Shown piece by piece: positions 28,701-36,985 of a stretch of 49,299 nt of DNA (its first letter is position 1; each line of letters starts with the position of its first letter). Source of the DNA: a virus (Duplodnaviria > Caudoviricetes); IMG/VR virus record IMGVR_UViG_3300005573_000126, positions 1 through 49,299 of that record. One strand, written 5' to 3'. The notes beneath the pieces are model-generated. The model did no database searches. It saw only the letters and a program-made list of their open reading frames with translations, and had not been told where the DNA came from. The position numbers and the translations under genes were made by a program.

Positions 28701-31700
28701 TTTTGTGACACATATATGAGTTCTGATGGTAAATTCAACCTATACAATGATATAAAAGACAAACTTGTAAAAAAAGGTATTCCCGCCAATGAGATAGCAA
28801 TCATAACCGAATGGGATAGTGAAGCTAAAAGGAAGGCATTATTTGAAATGGTTAATCAAGGAACCATACGTGTTGTTATAGGAAGTACAGAAAAATTGGG
28901 TATTGGTGTTAATGTGCAAGATAGACTTAATGCTATACATAATCTTGATGCGCCTAACAGACCAATGGACTTTGAACAAAGAATGGGACGTATAGTAAGG
29001 CAAGGGAATATGCATTTACAAATGAACAAACCAGTACGTATAATAGCATACGGAGTTGAAAAAACTCTCGATGCCAACGTTTATCAAAGACTTGCTATCA
29101 AACTGAATTTCATACATAGTATTATGGATTTCAAAAGCAATGTTGATAACGTTGAAGAAGAAGACGATATATCAGGACTTGATTTCAATTCTATGATGGC
29201 TGAACTTACCGGAGATGAAAAAATGATGGTATATGTTCAGAAAAAGAACGAATTACAAAAACTAATATTACAGAAAAAAGGATTTGAATCACAAAAGAAA
29301 CGTATAAAAAATGAAGTACCGGTATTACAAGCCAATTTGGAACATAGAAAAGAAATGTCAGAATATTATGAGAAATTGTTAAAAAATTTAGACCCAGACA
29401 ATGTAACCATAATATTTGAAAATAAAAAAGTTAACTTAAAGGATGATAAACAGATTGAAAAAATAGAGAACGAAATAGCTAAACAAAGAGGAAGTATATT
29501 TGAGTTTGTTATAGAAGATGAACCCTTCACTGTGATTAGTAATGGTGATACCTTTTTGGTTAAATCTAAGTTTTTCACATCTGAATACGTATCTTTAAAA
29601 ACCTTTTTGAAAAATGTTGGCGGTAGGTTAAAAACAACTTATGAATATTATATAAGGGATAATAAAGCTGCAATAATCAAGTTAAAAGATACGTTAAAAT
29701 CTTATGAAAGCATTAAGGACGATGTATTCCCATATGAGGAGAAACTGAATAAATTGAAGGAAGAAGTAGCTATTTTGCAAAATGAATTGTCAGAAAAAGA
29801 TAAAGAAAATACAGAGGAGGCACAATCTATTGATGATTTGGAAAGCATTGAAAGAGAATTAGAACAATCTGAAGACAATGAGGAAGATAATGAGGCGGAT
29901 AATGAAGCGGATAATGAGGAATCTGATTCGTCAATTTATATGAAGGTTTCAGACCAGCCTATGTATGCAGCAGTTCAAGATGCAGTTACCGGCGAAATAA
30001 TTGACGAGGACGAAGACCTTAATACGTCAAAAACGACCCAAACTATTGAAGAAAATCTAAATCATAAAAAGGAACAAGTCAAAGCTATTGTTACAAATAT
30101 GGCAAATAAGTTACATGATAAAGCCAATATGCCAAAGTTTGAAGTCGTAAGAAATGAAGTAGAATTGATTCAAGCTATGCAAAGAAATGGCGAATCCCCT
30201 GAATCAATAAAGTATATGATACAATTTCATTCAAAAGGAATGACTATCAATGGATTAAATACCAAAAAAGCCATTTACTTTGTTTCGGATAATATGGAAA
30301 ATAGCAGCGATGTTATTACTACATTCATTCATGAAATTATTGGTCACCAGGGATTTAGGGCTATATTCAAAACAACAGAGCAATATGCTAAATTTGGGAA
30401 ATATGTTTACGATATTGTAGGAGAAGAAGAGATTAAAAGGGTGGTTCCAAGTGAATATTGGAATAAGAGCAAACATGAACTCGGAATTGAATACGTAGCG
30501 TATATTTCCGAAAAGGTTGTAAAACAGAAACAGCTTACCAGCAATGAAAGAACTATATGGCAAAAGATAGTAGATGCCATACTTGATTTTTTGAGGACAA
30601 ACTTTAATTTAAGTAGCAAATGGAGTATTAATCTCGAAAATAAACTGAGAGACGAAATTCCTAATTTCATTTACGATGCAATACAAGCATCATACGATGT
30701 GGCAGTAAAAGGCATGGATGCAGATAAAGCAAATAAATGGATGACGGGAAGACTTATTGCAAGGGATGTAAACGCATTCAAAAAAGGTGAAAGGGCTATT
30801 TTATATACTGAAAGAAGGGATATGCCTTACCTAAGCATTAAAGAATCAAAAAGCGAGTGGAAAGAAGAACAGCCATCAAATATGAATCGCTTCAAATTTA
30901 ATGGCAAAGATTCATATATGGGAATTGTTCATGTTCCATCCGGTACTGTTCTCGGAACCATAAGCTGGGAAGAATACAAGGATGCCAATGCGAGGCACAT
31001 GGGATATATGACAAAAATGGATTCAGGTTATGTGGGTTCACCTGATTTTCAAAGATTCCTTGTTGACTCAGACGGCAAAGTAATAGGTTTCATTGAACCG
31101 CTTCCTGAATCAACGACACGCAAAATTGAAAAGCAGATTGAAATAAAGAACCAAGGTGAAGATACATTCGCAAGAATTGGGAATAAGCCACAGTTTACTG
31201 AAGAGGAAGAATTTGAACATGAGAAAACAAAATTTATTGATAACAATTGGAAAAAGTTTTTAGAAGCGGTTCAGGATAGAATGCTTTCTGTAAAGTATAT
31301 GCAAGACCTTGTAAAGGCAAGAGGAGGGGTAATTGATGAATCAAGCAACCCATACGATGAAGAAAATCTTAGTATTTCAAGGGCAAAAGCAGCTATTGAA
31401 AAGTATAATAAAAATCAATTCAATAATCTATTAAAAACAATATCTGATTTTAGTCAAAAGTATCGTATTGATATTGATGAAATTAATGAATACCTTATAA
31501 ACAAGCATGCACCTGAAAGAAATGAGTATCTTGAAGCAAAATACAATGTTAAAAATGGTTCCGGAATAGCAACAGAAGATGCTGAACAATTTGTTGAAGA
31601 ATTTGAAAGCGACAAAGATGCTGCCGATATTGAAAAATTATGGTCTGCTGTCCGTGAAGCTACAAAATTTAGTATTGATAAAGCAATGGAATACGGCTTT

Positions 31701-34010
31701 ATAAATGAAGCTGTACATGATGAAATACTTGGAAGATACCAATACTATGTACCATTAAGAGGTTGGCAGCTTGACGAAAACGACGATGCAAACATTTATG
31801 ATTATATAACGTCAGATTTAAAGCCACTCAATAACCCATTAAAGACAGCTAAAGGGAGACAAACTGTATCTGATAGCCCACTTAAATACATATCCTCGAT
31901 GGCAAATACTACCATAGTGGTTGGAGAAAAGAACCGAATCAAACAAGCTGCATTCAGGTTGATAAACAAGAATTTGGGAATGAAAGACCTTTTCACTGCC
32001 AAAAAAGTTTATACCGTGATGAATCCGACTACCGGAGAAGTTTACGAAACAATTGAAAAGCCTGAAAACGAAGATGATATTATAGATTTTGAAAAATCTA
32101 AAAAACATTTTAATAAAAAACCTATACAACTGGCAAAACAACATGAGGTTGAAGTTTATGTAAATGGTCAAAAATATATACTCATTTTCAGTGACCCCGA
32201 TGTCGCTAATGCTATAAATAAGAAAAATTTTGTAGCACCTTCCAATATCTTTTGGGAAAAATATGTTGGCATTACAAGATGGCTTTCGACAAACTTTACA
32301 GCAAAAAGTCCGGCATTTATACCGGTCAACTTTATACGTGACTTAGGCTACGCATTAATTTCAAAGGAAATAAATCCTGAGTACAAAGATGTTGATTTTG
32401 CCAAACATATCATTCCGGCAATGGCAGCTACATGGAAATATTTATCTGGCAAAGCCAATCCGGCATTGAACAAATATGACAGGTATTATCAAATGTTTTT
32501 GAAGGAAGGAGGCGAAACTGGATTTGTACATTTGAAAGAGATTGAAGATATTGAAAAAGAAATACAAAGCAATATCAAAAAGTTACGTGGAGATGGCAGC
32601 AAAATAGATAAAATGCTTATCGGCAAAATAGGTAAATCACTTGGAAGTTTACTTGATAAATCGGCTGTTGCAAGTGAAAATGCTTCTCGATTTGCCATAT
32701 TCGTTGGTATGATGGAGGCTGGTAAATCTGCACATGAAGCTGCCATTGCTGCTAAAAACATTACTGTTAACTTTAACAGAAAGGGAGTTTATAGTAGCGT
32801 TTTCGGAGGTTTGTATGCCTTTTTCAACGCAGCAGTTCAAGGTGCAGCTAATATGGTAGGTCTGGCAAAAAAAGATAAGCTAAAATTTGCACAGGTATCC
32901 GCTATAACAACATCACTTGGCTTTATGATGACAATGTTAGCTTATTGGAGAGCTACAAAAGACCAAGAAGACGAAAAGAAAATAAAGGATAATCCGTATT
33001 TTTCTGTTGGTGACTACATTAGGGATAACTTCCTGACTATCTCGGTTGGAGACAAAGTTATAACTATTCCTATGCCACAAGGGTTCAGGGCTTTTTATGG
33101 TCTCGGCGTTGAAATGGCAATGTCAATGTTAGGAGCAAAACCGGTAGATAAATCAGTGAAGAATATGTTTGGTAATTTCTTTGAAGCAATGTCACCTATA
33201 AACTTTACCAATATTACTAATAAAGAAGGTGAACTAACTATAAGACCGTTTGTTCCAACCGTATTTATACCGTTCTATGATATTGCACAGAATGAAACAT
33301 TTTCCGGTAATAGAATTTATAACGAACCTTTCGACAAGAAACTTGAAAAATACGCAGCCGATTACAACCAAGCACTTGACCGAGTTAATCCTATTTTAAA
33401 ATCTGTTTCAGAGGCTATGTTCAGAATGGCAGACTATGATACCTCTATTAATAGTAAATATAAATTGACAGATACAGGGGTACAAAAGATACCTGATTTT
33501 ATTGATTGGAACCCTTCAAAGATTGAATATATTATTGAATACTATTTGGGTGGTAGAGGTAAATTCTGGAATGATGCCATGAAGACAGCATCATCACTCA
33601 TTGCTGTTGCTAAAGATGCGGTACAAGGCAATAAAAAGGAAGGAGGTCTTTTTGATGATATTGATGTTAATCATATCCCAATTGCTCAGCGATTTATAAG
33701 GAAACCATATTACACGACTACGAATCTTAAATATAATCAGATAAGAGAAGAGATGGGAATATATCAGTACATTCGGTCACAATACAAGTCTAATAAAGAC
33801 TTTGAAAATTATATGAATACCAAATTCCATGACGTAAATTGGAAGCAGAAAGAAATAATATTTAACATGTATGACCGGATGATAAACAACTTGTATAACA
33901 ATATACTTACAAAAGCTAAAGATGCTGCCGATGCGGAACTTATCATGAGCCAGATTAGTGAGATGAAGGAAGCCTGTGTAAATCAAATTGAAAAACTTGA
34001 ACAAAAATAA
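19710..34010 (+). CDS. 4766-aa DarB-like large polyvalent virion protein: N6-adenine MTase + SNF2 helicase + zincin-like metallopeptidase + LPD38-like C-terminus
   Basis: YTGWGG (25074), NAFYT, VLEPAAGVGHF, ITNVPF (~25470); AHQVGTGKT (~27370), IDEAH (~27960), ATGTP, QRMGRIVRQGN (~28980); HEIIGH (30330); NITVNFNRKG...LYAFFNA...IPMPQGF (32750-33090). Confidence 0.9.
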   Translation: MIYLEPEKNNNLILPLENNEAEINLSFTNQPEQEQQEESTTIPIQTNQPQQPVKNITLTQPVSDKQSNKPEETYEEGLTTPDIKTINHLFSITNKKSIDPDNPVIDENTVKNYFNALYHLGKNEFGDQFNPPKEFENLAFEKGFGKGFKSGLKQIKYDFQYLSQELSKKFDENLVYELDDDIRSGIWDTSKSPEQLEQDLKFFREKEQEEAEKRNQLQRQPSALSFGVSPVFDTTSAINNQTDEEKFYAKNATKTELWLNLLKQFDGDTEQAKQFLHQFKSSMAPHEAKQREIIKEKFNIPEGKGLFYDIGNMAPQVAPIAISMAVSPVAGSTVSGILGTVVGTAMASMTAADALMNYDQYMHDKGYAIDPKERFGISISAGIVEYLTEKIPFDKVSKRLVKGTLMKTILSEGGEKGFEILEKYLPKDSRLKVLYNKAIKLLAEGNNEGLEEVTSEINQILGEHIYQDKADWQSFNDMANRIKQSYVGGAMMRAMLVPGEVGIQHAQRKIRWNNQGVNLASAKDGTIFEVLNVDYDKNNPKNTVYHGETKDGREVEYKASELDHFVHFEPDEVKQYNDALQTADKAKIEATKQNIIEKRVQRTKDEALGLFNSLGVKTVDPNTGNAVVKIADDKYGNSWLIIDEDADNNTAVVAKFNPQTSEISDERKMMNANDFTNISIFDTDQLATEIAENTRPVVTEELGLNQPTEEEQTQQTNAEPVLPVGVAPGKTITFRNQKYVVSEIKSDGKIYADPVDYEANASTIITPDQYKEIQIEGANTQANQTAPQAQPTAEQTQPEAPTAEQTQGQTNTNRISIDLQGNKFNATVSNDGTIIIDNVFEGATGKEEAEQLVHALNKEYDNNPAFELVKLPKQTDNTIEKPKYQIIAKPNQNEKPQEQPASTNKITGTGNIETQKQNKTEKTEQKGQPETKTEIKNVANTEKKETKPQQEVTKTYDEQVNDFINDFLKKHNEDVNWFLVYRGLRHNDTNDIRYYLDKGKLSLAELKEFIDEYNNQNFAKEDVSKIMNTTYERVKESYEESLKKEAKLQSEKEAKETTPKAKEAAPTMTEKQPETKAETKNVVFTEEAYEAALKRLKERFGRLNAGIDPTILSDGIIVGGFYVEKGIHKFAEWSKKMLEAVGKEIQPYLKSIYRAVKTWPGMEEYAKNMDSDEYIEKYNFEQEEKPETQLETQMETQNKQESLKDITELKEESKSEVPKDKTKVYIDNEPVDFKDAVMAYFQLKNLLNVEIKNKKAAKDENYSFYNSELETLGEAIKKYANAIDEYLKNNEAPDPELEKQYTESRKKITDKSPLLEYKQTKHTKTGETLHVGIIKFKVVNYKDLVRAVNEIDPKAYYSTFVKGFIFSNEELAKKAIETIHAIDYTIDTEGIFTPTVEKAAKETYQVAKDLLNNKDKVLVIKVPKNENTKAEIKYEHPLTDSDRLLKYPNSEGDIYSYTFYKNGKLSYTMEFAVLPNEGVIYPVRVDEQKNDGKIEHGEWILKGVIYQGYDGGNYESAISAIKQTFIIAKKYGYGNEEKPETNPEAVGQRVQIIEGQEKAVRDEAEARSNEARNSGKTERLTERLNEVKQNLNEVEQKVDNLINKIVNELENMGISEKNTPKGTNFEQETNKPESNGRPEVSPTVHQPANMEQGEQSRNIHEQNTRGGAEKTNGESKPSTGLRGNAEGKGNTGRPDTGTGERLSNAGTRSGGEAISEGEVPKNSQSNLSGESANSNAVKENHIIAPDDVIVPKGKKAKMRANIEAIRILKQCQKENRQATPEEKKKLAQYTGWGGLADIFNSDEYAEEYRELSELLTYKELGSIKKSTINAFYTSKPVIQAMWKMAEKLGFKGGIVLEPAAGVGHFMGFVPENLRSKTKFKAVELDKITGEITQLLYPNADVSVTGFQDVNVKPNSIDMAITNVPFGNIRVYDPNNKDISSKFNLHNYFIAKIVRALKPNGIAIVITTSSTMDNGGQGTDFRKWLVNEGNAELVDAIRLPNNAFKDNAGTEITTDILIIRKLDTGETAQNNFINIEKVGEGKVNDKVIPIYVNEFFAQHPDRVLGKMAIAGEVGSGALYSAESTTCAPVPDIDVEEKLNEIADKIKPVEHISTTEITPQIQAAKEEESKDKHKENELFVKGGKIYQKVNGELVEYADVGKNVANKIRVLQSYKSISDSLHKLIELENNPESSEKEIEAERKRLNDLYDDFVKKYGTLNNNRAVSWLSDDVDFYRIAAIENVTTEITYDLQNQKVKKNVKITKSDIFNKRVINPKAIETKAETIDDAIKFSFTHTGKFDIDYISKLLGKNKYDVIQEMLDKGYIFENPETGVYEYADDYLSGNVVRKLDFAKNAAKDNPKYEANVRALEKVQPKRKSINEIGFKLGSTWIDPAIVERWAFEYFNYPSYYKFSVKYIQDVGWVVDYNKHATSPQIASSEVKGMSPFALLEHKLNNQSTVIRKKVENNKFEQDKEAMSLAEAKKQEFENSFKEWCYKNEDVYTKLEDKYNEIYNSTIPRKDIPKTEYYPGANTNIKLREHQKRAVDKCLAGSTLIAHQVGTGKTYTLITAAMEMRRLGLARKPMIVVQKATLPQFVESIYKLYPNAKVLVPRDKDMSASERNKFLNKIAYGDYDIVVVTHDNLRLIPDKPERLELYIQEQIDRLNELKQESNNDRNTIREIDNQIKQWQNIGGKKKNKKGATSNEEYAAQEIPIGNVKQNSKEEIRIEESIKKQAGRRTANVFYFEDLGIDALLIDEAHTYKRLGFISKLNRIRGIDKSKSQKSLSALMKVRYIQEKKNGKNVVMATGTPISNTAAEIWTFMYYLMPDKLREFGMYTFDAFASNFGDISESIELGTNGKLRIVTRFKNYHNLNELRKIFGLIADVALTKDIPELKEGIGTPSVEIKPFEKVIIPYESEPLKNIMNRIIETLRIWEKMSGGEKMKLRHIPLVMFTRAKQAAIDVRLYDSSLPDDPKSKVNIAVGKIYDIYKETDSYKGTQLVFCDTYMSSDGKFNLYNDIKDKLVKKGIPANEIAIITEWDSEAKRKALFEMVNQGTIRVVIGSTEKLGIGVNVQDRLNAIHNLDAPNRPMDFEQRMGRIVRQGNMHLQMNKPVRIIAYGVEKTLDANVYQRLAIKLNFIHSIMDFKSNVDNVEEEDDISGLDFNSMMAELTGDEKMMVYVQKKNELQKLILQKKGFESQKKRIKNEVPVLQANLEHRKEMSEYYEKLLKNLDPDNVTIIFENKKVNLKDDKQIEKIENEIAKQRGSIFEFVIEDEPFTVISNGDTFLVKSKFFTSEYVSLKTFLKNVGGRLKTTYEYYIRDNKAAIIKLKDTLKSYESIKDDVFPYEEKLNKLKEEVAILQNELSEKDKENTEEAQSIDDLESIERELEQSEDNEEDNEADNEADNEESDSSIYMKVSDQPMYAAVQDAVTGEIIDEDEDLNTSKTTQTIEENLNHKKEQVKAIVTNMANKLHDKANMPKFEVVRNEVELIQAMQRNGESPESIKYMIQFHSKGMTINGLNTKKAIYFVSDNMENSSDVITTFIHEIIGHQGFRAIFKTTEQYAKFGKYVYDIVGEEEIKRVVPSEYWNKSKHELGIEYVAYISEKVVKQKQLTSNERTIWQKIVDAILDFLRTNFNLSSKWSINLENKLRDEIPNFIYDAIQASYDVAVKGMDADKANKWMTGRLIARDVNAFKKGERAILYTERRDMPYLSIKESKSEWKEEQPSNMNRFKFNGKDSYMGIVHVPSGTVLGTISWEEYKDANARHMGYMTKMDSGYVGSPDFQRFLVDSDGKVIGFIEPLPESTTRKIEKQIEIKNQGEDTFARIGNKPQFTEEEEFEHEKTKFIDNNWKKFLEAVQDRMLSVKYMQDLVKARGGVIDESSNPYDEENLSISRAKAAIEKYNKNQFNNLLKTISDFSQKYRIDIDEINEYLINKHAPERNEYLEAKYNVKNGSGIATEDAEQFVEEFESDKDAADIEKLWSAVREATKFSIDKAMEYGFINEAVHDEILGRYQYYVPLRGWQLDENDDANIYDYITSDLKPLNNPLKTAKGRQTVSDSPLKYISSMANTTIVVGEKNRIKQAAFRLINKNLGMKDLFTAKKVYTVMNPTTGEVYETIEKPENEDDIIDFEKSKKHFNKKPIQLAKQHEVEVYVNGQKYILIFSDPDVANAINKKNFVAPSNIFWEKYVGITRWLSTNFTAKSPAFIPVNFIRDLGYALISKEINPEYKDVDFAKHIIPAMAATWKYLSGKANPALNKYDRYYQMFLKEGGETGFVHLKEIEDIEKEIQSNIKKLRGDGSKIDKMLIGKIGKSLGSLLDKSAVASENASRFAIFVGMMEAGKSAHEAAIAAKNITVNFNRKGVYSSVFGGLYAFFNAAVQGAANMVGLAKKDKLKFAQVSAITTSLGFMMTMLAYWRATKDQEDEKKIKDNPYFSVGDYIRDNFLTISVGDKVITIPMPQGFRAFYGLGVEMAMSMLGAKPVDKSVKNMFGNFFEAMSPINFTNITNKEGELTIRPFVPTVFIPFYDIAQNETFSGNRIYNEPFDKKLEKYAADYNQALDRVNPILKSVSEAMFRMADYDTSINSKYKLTDTGVQKIPDFIDWNPSKIEYIIEYYLGGRGKFWNDAMKTASSLIAVAKDAVQGNKKEGGLFDDIDVNHIPIAQRFIRKPYYTTTNLKYNQIREEMGIYQYIRSQYKSNKDFENYMNTKFHDVNWKQKEIIFNMYDRMINNLYNNILTKAKDAADAELIMSQISEMKEACVNQIEKLEQK
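24613..24921 (+). CDS. putative overprinted 102-aa protein in the +1 frame of the giant gene (DUF1896/TnpV-like)
   Basis: Globular-looking amphipathic helical sequence; leader aataaacctgaaagcaATG; the main frame here is a low-complexity G/E/N/S/R linker. Confidence 0.6.
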   Translation: MDDLRYHPLFISLLIWSRENNQGIFMNKTPEEVQKRLTEKVNQALVYEEMLREKGIPEDLIPELVNGYLMPEPEVEEKPYPKAKFLKIVNQIYQGNLPTAML

Positions 34011-34015
34011 ACGCC

Positions 34016-36040
34016 ATGAAACGACATGATGAAGTTGACTTCAATCTTTTCAAAGATTCGGTTTTCACCAGTAAGGCTAAAACCGATGGTCTTACTAATG
34101 ATGGTGAAATAATTGCCAAATGGGAAGTCAAAGACGAAGATTACAAACTGTTGGAAACGGCAAGGGTGTATTATGAAGCATTGAGGGATAACAGAGAACG
34201 CCGGAGAAGAGCTTTAAAATATACTCGTGGTAAACAATGGAGTGATGTAATTGAAGACCCTCAAAAGCCGGGAACATACATTACCGAAGAAGATTATCTT
34301 AGAAGGCAGGGACGTATTCCATTGAAGCAGAATCAGATTATTCAGATGCTTAATAACAGAATAGGACAGTTCCGGCAATCACAGTCAAAAACAATCTTTA
34401 TTGCAAGAGCAAATGAAAAATCATTGGAAGCTGATGTAATGACAAATGCACTTGAATATGTATCGTATATCAACAATCTTGATGAAAAAGATGCCAATAG
34501 TTATCGTGAGTTTGGTTTATGTGGCGTTATTTGCCATAAAATAAGATATAAATGGTTTGAAAGCCGAAATATGTATGATGTTTACGTTGAACCAGTAAAC
34601 TTTAACCGGTTATTCTTTAATACCAATATCGAAAGCCCATTCGGAGAGGATATAAATTTCATCGGAGAAATCATTGATGCACCACTTGACGATGTCATTG
34701 CTGCATTTGCCAAATCTAAAATAGAGGAAAATATCATCAGAAAATACTATGAGGCTTACATAGATGAAGCAACAACGCTTGCAAATAAACCGGGATATGA
34801 ACGGTATGAGAATATTGATTTTTTCTTTTCCAATGACAGGAGCTTATGCCGATTATTTGAAATTTGGTATAAGAAGGCTGAATGGAAAACATACGTTCAT
34901 GATTATGCTGATGGAACGTATGTTAAAACCGATATGACACCTGAAGAAATTGATTTTGAAAATCAAAAAAGAATTGAACTTGGGTTAAATAACGGTCTTG
35001 ATTTGGAAAATATTCCATTACTTGAATATGAGGAACGTTACGAAAACACATGGTATGTAAAATACCTGACACCGGACGGTCATTGCTTGTATGAAGGTGA
35101 AACACAATACATTCACGAGGAACATCCCTACGTTATAAGATTCAGCCAAATGATTGATGGGGAAATTTGGGGATGGATAGAAGACGTTATTGACCAGCAG
35201 AAATATATTAACAGGCTTATTATTCTGATTGATTTTGTAATGTCATCATCAGCTAAAGGTGTTTTAATGATTCCAAAAGATACCATTCCGGCAGGTATGA
35301 CACCCAAAGATTTTGCCGATGCGTGGGTATCATATAATGGTGTGATTGTTTATGACCCCAAACCACATGGACAGATACCGCAACAAATTTCAATGAACTC
35401 AACCAATTTTGGTGTACATGAATTGCTTGCTTTGCAGATGCAATTGATGCAGGATATTTCAGGAATACATCCTGCTGTTCAGGGGAAAGAAGCTAAATCA
35501 GGTACGCCGGCATCACTATATGCCCTTGAAGCACAAAATGCAAATACCAACATACTTGATTCGATATTACAGTTCAAAGACTTTAAACAAAGGAGAGATT
35601 TTAAAATTGCACGGGTTATTAAACAGTTCTATAAAGAAAAACGGTTCCTTGCTATTAGTGGCAATATCTACAATGAACAATCAAAAATTTATGACCCAGA
35701 AATAATGCAAGACGTGGATTTTGAAGCAATAACCACTACAAGCACAAACAATACAGTTTACAAGTCAATGATGGACGACTTGTTGCTAAAGTTGCTTGAA
35801 ATGAATCAAATTGATATTGAAATCTTCCTTGAAAATGCATCTTTGCCTTATGCAAAACACATATTGGAAGAAATAAGAAAGAAGCAACAGCAAATGCAAG
35901 ATACTCAGGCAGGAGTGGAACAAGCAGGAATACCTCAATTATCAGAAGAACAATATCAACAAATATTACAGGGAGCTAATCCTCAGGCTATAAATATGGC
36001 TAAACAAATGTTAAACCCTAAAACTCAAAGTTATGCCTAA
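34016..36040 (+). CDS. portal protein (P22-like)
   Basis: Y..G.QW, P...NQI, HPY, G..ED.ID.Q..IN, ISGI...QG, SG; Q-rich C-terminal barrel; 674 aa. Confidence 0.88.
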   Translation: MKRHDEVDFNLFKDSVFTSKAKTDGLTNDGEIIAKWEVKDEDYKLLETARVYYEALRDNRERRRRALKYTRGKQWSDVIEDPQKPGTYITEEDYLRRQGRIPLKQNQIIQMLNNRIGQFRQSQSKTIFIARANEKSLEADVMTNALEYVSYINNLDEKDANSYREFGLCGVICHKIRYKWFESRNMYDVYVEPVNFNRLFFNTNIESPFGEDINFIGEIIDAPLDDVIAAFAKSKIEENIIRKYYEAYIDEATTLANKPGYERYENIDFFFSNDRSLCRLFEIWYKKAEWKTYVHDYADGTYVKTDMTPEEIDFENQKRIELGLNNGLDLENIPLLEYEERYENTWYVKYLTPDGHCLYEGETQYIHEEHPYVIRFSQMIDGEIWGWIEDVIDQQKYINRLIILIDFVMSSSAKGVLMIPKDTIPAGMTPKDFADAWVSYNGVIVYDPKPHGQIPQQISMNSTNFGVHELLALQMQLMQDISGIHPAVQGKEAKSGTPASLYALEAQNANTNILDSILQFKDFKQRRDFKIARVIKQFYKEKRFLAISGNIYNEQSKIYDPEIMQDVDFEAITTTSTNNTVYKSMMDDLLLKLLEMNQIDIEIFLENASLPYAKHILEEIRKKQQQMQDTQAGVEQAGIPQLSEEQYQQILQGANPQAINMAKQMLNPKTQSYA

Positions 36041-36170
36041 AGCGTACGAAGAAATGAAAAAAGCAATGGTTAAAGAGTACGGTAAAAAGAAGGGAGAAAA
36101 GATTGCTGCAATGACTTGGAATAAGCAGCACAAGGGTACCGGTCAAACCGTTGGACGTGGAAGAAAATAA
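36033..36170 (+). CDS. 45-aa basic protein (not in ORF track)
   Basis: MPKAYEEMKKAMVKEYGKKKGEKIAAMTWNKQHKGTGQTVGRGRK; overlaps the portal stop and ends at the terminator. Confidence 0.7.
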   Translation: MPKAYEEMKKAMVKEYGKKKGEKIAAMTWNKQHKGTGQTVGRGRK

Positions 36171-36193
36171 GAAATGGCTAAAAGCCATTTCTT
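36169..36193. terminator. stem-loop between convergent operons
   Basis: aagaaatggct-aaa-agccatttctt perfect 11-bp stem. Confidence 0.7.
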
Positions 36194-36590
36194 AAAATCC
36201 CAAGTCTGAATCGTAGTAATCGTTTTCAGATTCATTCTTTTTGCTATCTTCATAGCCTTTTGGCTTTGAAAGCCTAATTATTTGTATCGAATGAATTTCG
36301 GTATTATATTTTTTTTCATTTTTGCTGTCAATATATGAATTTGTGACCAGCTTGCCTTCAACGTATATCCTGTCACCTTTTTCAATTGTCTTTTCAACGA
36401 AGTCAGCCAGCCCATTGAAGGCTACAATTTTGTGCCAATAGACACGTTCTTGTTTCTGGTTGTTTTTGTCCATATAGTACTCGTTTGTAGCTAAGTTAAA
36501 TTTGGCTACAATCATTCCATTTGGGAAATGCTTCACTTCCGGAGTATTCCCCACATTACCAATAAACAGTACTTTGTTTAATGAGTTCAT
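36192..36590 (-). CDS. ssb: single-stranded DNA-binding protein
   Basis: SLNKV.FIGN.G..PE, F.LATNE, WH.IV, KGD.IYVEGKL; acidic tail ending DLGF. Confidence 0.95.
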   Translation of the reverse strand: MNSLNKVLFIGNVGNTPEVKHFPNGMIVAKFNLATNEYYMDKNNQKQERVYWHKIVAFNGLADFVEKTIEKGDRIYVEGKLVTNSYIDSKNEKKYNTEIHSIQIIRLSKPKGYEDSKKNESENDYYDSDLGF

Positions 36591-36601
36591 AATCAATTGT
36601 T

Positions 36602-36985
36602 TTAAAATGAAACATCATTTATTGTTGGAAATTGTATTCCAGGAATATTTTGCATGGCATCTGCAATTACCATATCAATGTACTTGCTAAATTCTATTGC
36701 ATCCATATCGGAAGTAGAATGAGTATCAAAATTCCATTCACCATTTGAATTAGGTTTGTAATAGGTATTGAATTTTCTTTTGTAGTATTCATGAACGGAA
36801 TCGGCAGAATAACCTGTCTCGTCGGCAATTATCTTATAAACAACACCCCATAAATAGGCATTTAGTTTCAGGCTTCTAACAGGATATTCATCATAAATAA
36901 ATATCCGGAATGGTAGCCTATTATTCTTTATTAATTCAATTACTTTGGTACGTTCCCGTTCGTTATCAATCTGAAACAGTTTCAT
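36602..36985 (-). CDS. NinB/Orf-like recombination protein
   Basis: RSLKLNAYLWG, VHEYYKRKF, STSDMD..EFSKYID. Confidence 0.75.
   Translation of the reverse strand: MKLFQIDNERERTKVIELIKNNRLPFRIFIYDEYPVRSLKLNAYLWGVVYKIIADETGYSADSVHEYYKRKFNTYYKPNSNGEWNFDTHSTSDMDAIEFSKYIDMVIADAMQNIPGIQFPTINDVSF

Noticed and set aside
21341-33004. Many antisense ORFs within the giant gene
   Set aside because: Typical shadows of codon bias, with no leaders or recognisable motifs
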